Assembly (NCBI GenBank): GCA_031281225.1
Contig: JAITFQ010000103.1
Coordinates: 1 to 62,607, forward strand
Direction of reading: 5' to 3'
From: Chitinispirillales bacterium
GTDB taxonomy: Bacteria; Fibrobacterota; Chitinivibrionia; Chitinivibrionales; Chitinispirillaceae
Length of the DNA: 62,607 nucleotides
The notes below the pieces were generated by a model. It was given only the letters and a program-made list of their open reading frames with translations. It was not told where the DNA came from and made no database searches. Position 1 is the stretch's first letter. The number at the start of each line of letters is the position of its first letter. The position numbers and the translations under genes were made by a program. Below, piece by piece: positions 19,263 through 26,808 of the stretch.

Positions 19263-19856
19263 TCAACGCAAATATTTTAAGACGCGCCCCTTCCGTCTGA
19301 CCGCTGCGAGAATTATCGTCAACACGCCCGCCAGCAATATTACTACATAAATTGTCAACGACGATTCGGGTGGGCGGGCGGCGGCCAGGGCAATTTGCGG
19401 GAGGGAGCCGCCGCATGTATCAACCGCACTAATCAGCAACTTGTACCCGCTGGCGCCATCCCCCAAAAAATCCCACGGGACAAACCATTCCGCCGTATAC
19501 GTCCCGTAATTCTCAAAACTCCCCCTGTCAAACGCGAAATTGCCGCCCGCCGTTTCTTCGGGGATTTTAATCTCAATCACCCTGCCCGTATTGACCGCCG
19601 TAATCGTAAACGCCCACCCCGAACACGGCGGCGCGGACCGCGTCGTGAAATACCCGGCGAGACCGTCTACGGTATTGACCGCGTCCCACATCCACGGGGA
19701 ACTCCCCCACTGCCGCGCGGTATTTTGGTTCCACTCCAATAAAAAGCCGTCAATCTGCACACGGCGGCCCTGACGGTCGACATTGATTATTTCGGAACCG
19801 GCGTAAGCGCTGCACGCGATAATTGTCATTGCCATCAAACAAATCATTTTACGCAT
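19263..19856 (-). CDS. hypothetical secreted protein with C-terminal TM helix and basic tail
   Basis: Signal peptide MRKMICLMAMTIIACSAYA. C-terminus RPPESSLTIYVVILLAGVLTIILAAVRRKGR. Overlaps the upstream FGE-like gene by 13 nt. Confidence 0.6.
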   Translation of the reverse strand: MRKMICLMAMTIIACSAYAGSEIINVDRQGRRVQIDGFLLEWNQNTARQWGSSPWMWDAVNTVDGLAGYFTTRSAPPCSGWAFTITAVNTGRVIEIKIPEETAGGNFAFDRGSFENYGTYTAEWFVPWDFLGDGASGYKLLISAVDTCGGSLPQIALAAARPPESSLTIYVVILLAGVLTIILAAVRRKGRVLKYLR

Positions 19857-20608
19857 CTGAACCCCACGCTAACCTCGGCGGATGGCGCCGAGAACCAGTG
19901 TCTGTTTTGGATACGCAGCTCACTTGGCCCGCTGTACCAGCCGCCGCCGCGAATCACCCTGTAATACCCCGCGCTCGGGCCTCTGGGGTTGACGGATTCC
20001 GAGGTTTCGTAATGGTCGGCGGCGTAAAAATCCGCTGTCCACTCCCACGCGTTGCCCGTCATGTCGTAGAGCCCGTATCCGTTGGGCGCGAAACTTCCCA
20101 CCGGGTGCAGTCTCGACAGCGCGCACCGGCTTCCGCTCGGCGCGTCGTTCCCCCATGAGTATTTTACCATCCGCGCGCCGCCCAGCGCCGCGTATTCCCA
20201 CTCCGCTTCGGTGGGGAGCCTCATCCCCACGCTCGCGCAGTAGGCGCGGGCCTGCTGCCAGGTCACGCAGACCACCGGCAGGTTTTCGCCGCGCAAATTG
20301 CCGGGGACCGTCACCCTGTCGAACCCCCGCCCCGCCCACACTAAACACGCGCCGTCATCGTACCGCGCCGGCGTGCACCTGCCGCTGCTGACGCACCTTT
20401 GGTACTGCCCCTCGGTAACGAGCCTCGTCATCATCCCAAAACCGGGCATCTCTATCTGCCTCACCGGCCTTTCGTCGGGCTTCCCGTCGTTTGACCCGCG
20501 GTTGAACGAACCCGCGGGGACGCGCGCAAGGCCGTGCCCGTCGCTCGCGCGGGCGTGGGGGATTATTATTGCTATGGAGATTATTGCTATCGCGATGATT
20601 TTGACCAT
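19844..20608 (-). CDS. formylglycine-generating enzyme (SUMF1/FGE-sulfatase) family protein, secreted
   Basis: GNAWEWTADFY, RVIRGGGW and VGFRC motifs. Signal peptide starts from the first ATG at 20608; 20638 is a TTG. Confidence 0.85.
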   Translation of the reverse strand: MVKIIAIAIISIAIIIPHARASDGHGLARVPAGSFNRGSNDGKPDERPVRQIEMPGFGMMTRLVTEGQYQRCVSSGRCTPARYDDGACLVWAGRGFDRVTVPGNLRGENLPVVCVTWQQARAYCASVGMRLPTEAEWEYAALGGARMVKYSWGNDAPSGSRCALSRLHPVGSFAPNGYGLYDMTGNAWEWTADFYAADHYETSESVNPRGPSAGYYRVIRGGGWYSGPSELRIQNRHWFSAPSAEVSVGFRCVK

Positions 20609-20644
20609 GTTTGGAAAAATAATATAAAACCAAGTCAAAAAAAA

Positions 20645-21007
20645 TTACTTCATAAAATCGAATACTGCCCCGCGGTTGGACGCAGCGGCGCCATAATATT
20701 GGTTTGTGGCTTTTTTGCCGGTTTGGAGTTCCTTGATTTTTCGGCGGGCCTCAAAGAGGCTTTCGTTGCATTCGTCCATTTGGGCTTTGAGGGCGCACTG
20801 GTTTTCGGCGTCCATTGCGGTTATCTGCGCCGCAATTTTCGCGCACTCGGCGGATAGAGCGCCGAATTTGCCGCCGGCGTAAGAGGCTATAAGATCATCG
20901 CGCTCGCCGATGGCGGTTTCCACAATATCCATATCACGCGCGGCGAGGCCGCCGCGGATGTGGGAGGTCTTGTCCAAAATCGATTCCAGCAGTTTTAGTT
21001 GCGTCAT
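20645..21007 (-). CDS. FliT-like flagellar chaperone (Bacillus-type FliT)
   Basis: Lies directly after fliD. Helical 120-aa protein whose tail IKELQTGKKATNQYYGAAASNRGAVFDFMK resembles my memory of the B. subtilis FliT tail (IKGLKQKKSSNKKYVNPY...GMFYDKKK). It does not look like FliS. Confidence 0.5.
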   Translation of the reverse strand: MTQLKLLESILDKTSHIRGGLAARDMDIVETAIGERDDLIASYAGGKFGALSAECAKIAAQITAMDAENQCALKAQMDECNESLFEARRKIKELQTGKKATNQYYGAAASNRGAVFDFMK

Positions 21008-21030
21008 ATTCTTAATCTATACCCTCTATA

Positions 21031-23577
21031 CTATCCGCTTTGGGCCATTAGGGACGCGAGGCTGTTTTGCTGCGCCTGCATCCGCATCATCATAGTTTCC
21101 ATTCTGGCAAACATCGCGTAAAGGCTGTTTTCCTGGCGGTACCAGCGGTCGAGCAACTTTGATATTCTATCGTCGTGGTTGTTTATCTGCCGCTGGATCG
21201 TGTTGTCGAGCATCGACGCGTCGTTTTGGACGCCGGCCTTTTCGATCAGGTAGCCTTTGTTGTTGTTGGCGTCGCGCGATGTTCTCACCGCGTCGTTCAT
21301 GATGTCGTTTATCCGCTGGGCTACGCCGATTTCGGACATGCGCTGGCCCCTGCCGGCGAGGTCGCCATAGGGGATGTCCGACGTCTTGGTGAACATCGCG
21401 ACCACCTGGTCGTAGTTGTTCTCAAGCGCGGTTTTCAGCTTGTCCTCGTTTACAACTAAGAGCCCGCCGTCTTTCCAGCTGGGCGAGGTCGTAATACCGA
21501 TGTCGGACATCGTGAGCGATACGCCAGCCACCGGCATGTAGATGGCGGAGCGGAGCTGATCCTGCAAGCGGCGCAGATCGGAGTCGTTGGCGAGTATCCC
21601 CAGCATGGCTTTTTCCTCATACGCTTTTCTATCGTCCTCGCTCATCGCCTTTTTTTCGTCTTCGGAAAGCGGCCTGAAATCTCTGTCGCGCTTTTGGTTG
21701 AGAAGTTCGTTTATCTGGGTCAGGATTTTGTTGTATTCCTCGACGAAAGACTTTACGCCGTCTATGATATCAGCGGTGTTTTTGTTCACCTGAATCCTGA
21801 TGTCCTGAACATCGCTTTGCTGCACGCCGGGTTTAAGCCCAATTCTGCCGTCCACGTCACGCTCATAAAATTCCGTGTTGAACGTGCCGTTGAACGTGTA
21901 GGTCACGCCCTCGAAAGTGAACGTGTTCGACTGCCTGACGAACGTTTCGCCGTTTATCATGGCTATGAGGTTTTGGCCTTCGGTGCGGGAGCCTTGGCCG
22001 GGCAGATTTAGATCGTCTAAATCTACTCCGCCCTTAATCCTTACTTCCCCCGTGCGCGGAGTATCAGTATCCCCCGCCAAAAAAATATCCCCTACAATTT
22101 CTCCGTTAATCGCTAAGCGGTAGGCACCGTCTCTCCACTCATTCCCCACCCGCGTTTCCATCTCCACAACATCACCAAGTTTCAAGGCCCCCAAAAGCAG
22201 CGCTGCTTCGCTGCTCAACCGGCTGATGTTGGCCGCCGTCCCATCCGCGTTGCTCGTAAGCGTAAACCTGTCGCTCGCCGAGTTGTAGCTCAGCGTCACG
22301 CCGGCGTTGGAGTTGTTGATTTTGGACGTGAGCGAGCTTATTGTCTCGTCTCTCGAAATAGTTATTGTCACACCATTAATATGAATATCAGCGACATTTG
22401 AGTTTGGGCCGTCAAAAAGCCTGTCAAAATCCGCCCCTAAGAGTTCGCTCATACTCCTGTTGTGAACGCTCGTGTTGCTCGCCCCGCCCTCGGGGAAGCC
22501 TAACCGTACCAACGAGTCGGCCATACCGTCGAGCGCGAAGATTGTGATGTTGGAACTCGCCTTGTGGAACGAAAGCTCGCCATCGTCGTTGACGCTCACG
22601 ATATCCGTGAAGTCGCGGCCAAACAGGGTGGTGACTTGGCTGTTGATGACGTCGGCAAAGGCTTGGGCGGCGGCGGCGTTGTTCGTAACTTTATTAAATA
22701 CCGGAACTACTGATAGTGCACTCGTTGTGTCAGCCGCGTCAGAATCTCCATATTTATCGGCGATATCTTCAAACGCCGCAGTAATTGCATCTTCAAGAGA
22801 GGCAAACTCACCAAGTCCCCCCTCCTTATCTACATAACTTCTAACATAATCCGCAATACTAACATACTCTAAAACCGAACCTGTAGAAAAGCCAAGATAC
22901 TTATTTTCCAATTCACCCAAATCATCTATATCAGTATAGCCTGCGGTACTTATATTCGCATAAAAACCCCCAAGGACATTACTCTCCGTAATTTGTTCCG
23001 GCTTTGTCCCATGCTCATTCAATATCCCCGCCACCGTAGTATTGCTAATCATCACCGTCCTGCTAACCCCGTCAATCGACACTCCGAACGCCGTATAGAG
23101 CGCGTTGCCTCTGTTGTCGACAAATTTATCGATATCAAACCCGTCGCCCGTCACCCCGCGCAGCCCCATCGTCTCCCCTGTCCACGTGTCTCTCGTCGCC
23201 ATCTGCGTAACTGCCTGCACTGTGTGGTTGAAGCTCTTTATGTCGCCGTTTGCCGTGACGCTGACCACGTTTGCGGCGGCGTCTCTCGCGTCCTGGGTTT
23301 TGAGGCCATTCATCGCGACGTCGTAGCTGAACCTCGCAAACGCGTTGGCCGAGCGGAAGTTGTTCGTCGGGTTTGCTAAGTTGAGGTTTGAGCGCATAAA
23401 GTCGTTTACCGAGTTTATGACGGTGCGCAGCGACTCCTGCCGCCACATGGCGAGCTGTCTCTCGCGCTTGACGGTGTCTATGCGCATGGTGTGCACGCGG
23501 CCCAGATTCTGTATGATCTGGTCGGTGTCGAGGCCGGTGGCAAGACCGGTCAGTCTCATTTGTGTCTGCATGTTCAT
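21031..23577 (-). CDS. fliD: flagellar filament cap protein FliD (unusually long, 848 aa)
   Basis: N-terminus GLATGLDTDQIIQNL and C-terminal heptad region YAMFARMETMMMRMQAQQNSLASL. Lies between flaG and the fliT-like gene. Confidence 0.9.
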   Translation of the reverse strand: MNMQTQMRLTGLATGLDTDQIIQNLGRVHTMRIDTVKRERQLAMWRQESLRTVINSVNDFMRSNLNLANPTNNFRSANAFARFSYDVAMNGLKTQDARDAAANVVSVTANGDIKSFNHTVQAVTQMATRDTWTGETMGLRGVTGDGFDIDKFVDNRGNALYTAFGVSIDGVSRTVMISNTTVAGILNEHGTKPEQITESNVLGGFYANISTAGYTDIDDLGELENKYLGFSTGSVLEYVSIADYVRSYVDKEGGLGEFASLEDAITAAFEDIADKYGDSDAADTTSALSVVPVFNKVTNNAAAAQAFADVINSQVTTLFGRDFTDIVSVNDDGELSFHKASSNITIFALDGMADSLVRLGFPEGGASNTSVHNRSMSELLGADFDRLFDGPNSNVADIHINGVTITISRDETISSLTSKINNSNAGVTLSYNSASDRFTLTSNADGTAANISRLSSEAALLLGALKLGDVVEMETRVGNEWRDGAYRLAINGEIVGDIFLAGDTDTPRTGEVRIKGGVDLDDLNLPGQGSRTEGQNLIAMINGETFVRQSNTFTFEGVTYTFNGTFNTEFYERDVDGRIGLKPGVQQSDVQDIRIQVNKNTADIIDGVKSFVEEYNKILTQINELLNQKRDRDFRPLSEDEKKAMSEDDRKAYEEKAMLGILANDSDLRRLQDQLRSAIYMPVAGVSLTMSDIGITTSPSWKDGGLLVVNEDKLKTALENNYDQVVAMFTKTSDIPYGDLAGRGQRMSEIGVAQRINDIMNDAVRTSRDANNNKGYLIEKAGVQNDASMLDNTIQRQINNHDDRISKLLDRWYRQENSLYAMFARMETMMMRMQAQQNSLASLMAQSG

Positions 23578-23642
23578 GGCGGTCGTCCTTTCCTTATATA
23601 ATATATATTAACGTCAAATTCAAAATCAAACTCAAAATCAAA

Positions 23643-24008
23643 CTACCCCTTTTGGTCCAGCATCAGCCCCGCCATTTCCCACATTTTGGCGATCATGTCC
23701 TGGATTTTGCGGGGAGGATATTCGGCTATCACCTCGTTTGTTTTGGTATCTCTTATGGTATACATGAGGGCTTTTGTGACCTCATGGATTTCGCGTTCGA
23801 TCTGGCGTCCGTAGGGCGACAGCGATTTGTTCGCCTGCCTGATCGGTTCGTCCATCAATTTTTCCAAGTCGGCGTCGCTTGCCGCCGGTCTGCTGCTATT
23901 AACCGCCGCCGGGGTCGTGGCTACAGCCCCGCCGCTTTCGTTTACAGCCCTTTCGCCGCCGGCAACGACCGGGGCCATGGTCATGGTACCAATTGTATTA
24001 ACAGTCAT
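23643..24008 (-). CDS. flaG: flagellar protein FlaG
   Basis: C-terminal half LSPYGRQIEREIHEVTKALMYTIRDTKTNEVIAEYPPRKIQDMIAKMWE is typical of the FlaG family. Strong SD GGAAGGAGG. Confidence 0.85.
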   Translation of the reverse strand: MTVNTIGTMTMAPVVAGGERAVNESGGAVATTPAAVNSSRPAASDADLEKLMDEPIRQANKSLSPYGRQIEREIHEVTKALMYTIRDTKTNEVIAEYPPRKIQDMIAKMWEMAGLMLDQKG

Positions 24009-24052
24009 AACGCCCTCCTTCCCTGCCTGTGCAGACAGTTTCTCTATTCTTT

Positions 24053-24080
24053 ATATCGGTTTGGTTCTTTAGAAACTTTA
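24053..24080 (-). promoter_or_regulatory. sigma-28 (FliA)-type promoter for flaG-fliD-fliT
   Basis: The minus strand reads TAAAGTTT-N12-ACCGATAT, against the consensus TAAAGTTT-N11-GCCGATAA. It ends about 44 nt upstream of the flaG ATG. Confidence 0.65.
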
Positions 24081-24083
24081 GTG

Positions 24084-24149
24084 AAATTTTTAATTGTGAG
24101 TATACGATGTATGTCAACGCCGTCTACTCGTGTGTCCTAAAAATTTTTA
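24084..24149. repeat. intergenic repeat unit, copy A
   Basis: AAATTTTTAATTGTGAGTATACGATG...CGTGTGTCCTAAAAATTTTTA. Same length and about 80% identity to the unit at 42779-42843. Confidence 0.8.
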
Positions 24150-24213
24150 TTTTTTTGATTTTATTTTGAATCGCCCCATATTTTGGATAAAATAATACCT
24201 GTTACGCCTCAAA

Positions 24214-24576
24214 ATGTATTATATTTATACAAAAAGGGGCGCAGGCGTGAACGAAAAAGTCAAAACCGAACTAGACAACATTGTAAGCGTGCTCTCCGAA
24301 ACGGGGGTCGTGAGCAAAATTATTCTGTTCGGCTCGTACGCCCGCGGGGAAGAAAACGCGGACAGCGATATTGATTTGTGCGTTTTGACACCGGAAAAGG
24401 ATGAGGGCAGGCGGCTGACGGAGATATCGGTAAACTTACAGTTAAAACTGTTTGATATCGTTGACACATCACTGGACTTGCTCACCTATAATCAAGAGGA
24501 ATTTTCGACCCGGGCAATAAGCCCGCGATCATTTCAACATCACATTATGGAACATGGAGTAGTATTGTATGGATGA
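24214..24576 (+). CDS. nucleotidyltransferase (MNT/MntA-like) domain protein
   Basis: LFGSYARGEENADSDIDLCVL (GS...DxD). The GTG at 24247 with AAGGGG upstream is an equally plausible start. Low GC. Confidence 0.85.
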   Translation: MYYIYTKRGAGVNEKVKTELDNIVSVLSETGVVSKIILFGSYARGEENADSDIDLCVLTPEKDEGRRLTEISVNLQLKLFDIVDTSLDLLTYNQEEFSTRAISPRSFQHHIMEHGVVLYG

Positions 24577-24976
24577 TGATATTTTCGATGTTATGGAGTG
24601 GATTCGATATGCTCAAGAAGATTATGACGCCGCTGTCGCCATGGCGGCAACAAATAATCCATACGCTCCCAGAAAAGCGTGTTACGATTGCCATCAGTCC
24701 GCAGAAAAAATCCTAAAGGCATATATAATTGCCAAAGAAGGGACGCGAAAAAAAGAACACAACCTTGTGACATTGTTAAAACAATGTTCACAATATTCCC
24801 ATGATTTTGACGGTCTCAGAGCGGCTTGCCTGATACTAAACACACACATAGCAAAAACACGCTATCCATCCGGTAAAAAATTAACAGATTCGGATATGGA
24901 AGAAGCTTTGGGAGAAGCCGCTAAAATATTGGAATTAACAAAATCAAAATTGACTGAAATGGGCTTTGGCTCATAG
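24569..24976 (+). CDS. HEPN domain protein (HepT-like partner of the MNT)
   Basis: 8-nt overlap with the MNT gene. YDAAV...CHQSAEKILKA and a C-terminal region ending ...KTRYP are typical of small HEPN proteins. Confidence 0.8.
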   Translation: MDDDIFDVMEWIRYAQEDYDAAVAMAATNNPYAPRKACYDCHQSAEKILKAYIIAKEGTRKKEHNLVTLLKQCSQYSHDFDGLRAACLILNTHIAKTRYPSGKKLTDSDMEEALGEAAKILELTKSKLTEMGFGS

Positions 24977-24993
24977 AAAATCGGCAAAAACAG

Positions 24994-25749
24994 ATGCAAG
25001 ACACCCCTATATACGGACTCAACCCTGTCGAAGAGCTGCTCGCGTCGCGGATGCGGGATGTGGAGCATGTTTATTTTGATAAGGATAAGAAAAGCGGGGC
25101 GCTTTTTAACCTGCTGCGGATATGCCGCAGGGAGCGGATTCCCTGCAACCTTGTGCCGGAGGTGAAGTTGAACGCGCTCGCGGGGACAGCGAGGCATCAG
25201 GGAGTGGTCGCGTTTTGCAGCATCAAGCCGTACAATACGGTCGAGGATTTGGAAAAAATCACGCAATCCGTGGCGGCGCCGCTTTTTGTCGTGGCGGCTT
25301 CCATCGAAGACCCGGGGAATTTAGGCGCGATAATAAGGTCTTGCGTGTGCTTGGGGGCCGACGCGCTCCTCTTGGAACGGAAAAATACGGTGCCGCTGAA
25401 CGCCACGGTGGCGCGGTGCTCCACGGGGATGATCGAGCATCTGTGCATCGTAAAACCGCGGAATTTGGAGGGGTTGATCGCGGAGCATGTTGACAGCAAA
25501 GGGTTTTTGACCGTCGGCGCGGTGATGGAGGGGGGGGCGGCGCCGGATCGGCACGATTTCACAAAACCGACGATTTTAGTCACGGGCGGCGAGCACCGCG
25601 GGATTCCGCCCTATCTGCAAAAATTGTGCGGGCACAACGTATCGATCCCCATGACCCCGCGCGGCCAGTCGCTGAACGCGTCGGTGTCGGCGGCGATACT
25701 GATGTACGAATGTATGCGGCAGCGGGGCTTGCCGGCTATTTCAGATTAA
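24994..25749 (+). CDS. rlmB: TrmH/SpoU-family RNA 2'-O-methyltransferase (RlmB-like)
   Basis: N-terminal SpoU substrate-binding segment, DPGNLGAIIRS, and LNASVSAAILMYE. Confidence 0.85.
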   Translation: MQDTPIYGLNPVEELLASRMRDVEHVYFDKDKKSGALFNLLRICRRERIPCNLVPEVKLNALAGTARHQGVVAFCSIKPYNTVEDLEKITQSVAAPLFVVAASIEDPGNLGAIIRSCVCLGADALLLERKNTVPLNATVARCSTGMIEHLCIVKPRNLEGLIAEHVDSKGFLTVGAVMEGGAAPDRHDFTKPTILVTGGEHRGIPPYLQKLCGHNVSIPMTPRGQSLNASVSAAILMYECMRQRGLPAISD

Positions 25750-26731
25750 ACATATTGTCTATCGTACTCGCAACGTCGTCTCCGGTGATCCCGGCGGCGG
25801 CGGGCGGCGCAAGGGGCGGCGGTACTGCCTGCTGTGGAGCCGGCGGCGGTGGAATTTCCGGCGGTGTCGCTACCGGCCGCGGAGCTGGTTGCGGCGGGAT
25901 TTCCGATTGCGGCGCTACCTGTTCTTCGAACTGGGCGAATGCGGCTTCAAATTCTTCTATGGACGGTTCCGACCAAGCATCGCCCTCCGCCACGGCGGCA
26001 GGCTTAATAGCGGGCTCCGTTACCGGTTTAACAACAGGTTCGACGGCAGGTTTTACTACCGGTTCAATTACCGGCTTGGCTGACTCGCTGACGGGCGCTT
26101 TTACAGGCGGCACGAACTCATCCGGCTTGGCGGCGGTGAAAACAGGTATTTTTACGACCGCTTCGGGTGCCGGCACGGCGGGAACCGTGGACGGGTCGAA
26201 GACATCATTCACCGGCAGGCTTCTAACGGCTACAGGTGGCACGGGTGGCACCACGGGCGGGGCGGCTACGGGGGCAGCGGGCAGCTTCTTTATGCCGTCC
26301 ATCAAGGTTTCTTCCGGAAAATCCGCTGTGTCCGCCGGCTTGGCGGACGGGAGAGCGTGGTCGGCTTCCGTTTTACGGCGCTCGGGGTTATCAATGACGC
26401 GCAGGTAATCATTGGCCTGCTGCTCCGCGTATTTCACAAAAAACACGTCAAGGATGTCCATGTTGGTTCTGAGCACGCGCTTGACCGCGCCGCTCTTGTC
26501 GCTTAGTGCGCGGCGGAAGTTTTCCGGCGTGAGCTTGCCTTCCCTGAAATTCGCTTCAACGGCGTCCGCCTCAGCAAAGAGCTTCGTGACGGAGGACACG
26601 ACATCCCCCTTCTCCTCCTCCTCCTTCGCGAGTTTTTTATTTTTGGCGGAACGGATCAGCGCCCATATCATAGAAGAGATGCCAGCGCCGGCGACGAGAC
26701 CTATTATCAACATCAATATGGCGTTATTCAT
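25736..26731 (-). CDS. hypothetical membrane-anchored Pro-rich protein
   Basis: N-terminal TM helix ILMLIIGLVAGAGISSMIWALI. TonB-spacer-like alternating tract KPVIEPVVKPAVEPVVKPVTEPAIKP. No TonB C-terminal domain recognised. Confidence 0.6.
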   Translation of the reverse strand: MNNAILMLIIGLVAGAGISSMIWALIRSAKNKKLAKEEEEKGDVVSSVTKLFAEADAVEANFREGKLTPENFRRALSDKSGAVKRVLRTNMDILDVFFVKYAEQQANDYLRVIDNPERRKTEADHALPSAKPADTADFPEETLMDGIKKLPAAPVAAPPVVPPVPPVAVRSLPVNDVFDPSTVPAVPAPEAVVKIPVFTAAKPDEFVPPVKAPVSESAKPVIEPVVKPAVEPVVKPVTEPAIKPAAVAEGDAWSEPSIEEFEAAFAQFEEQVAPQSEIPPQPAPRPVATPPEIPPPPAPQQAVPPPLAPPAAAGITGDDVASTIDNMFNLK

Positions 26732-26808
26732 GCGGGTTTACCTTTCTTAACGATGCAGAAATGATACCGATATACAAATATAGATAATGTCAAGGGGGGG
26801 TGTCAAAT

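Noticed and set aside
25626-26408. 260-aa Gly/Thr/Ala-rich plus-strand ORF
   Set aside because: It is the mirror image of the Pro-rich tract of the minus-strand gene, which has a proper TM anchor and a structured N-terminal region. The minus strand is preferred.
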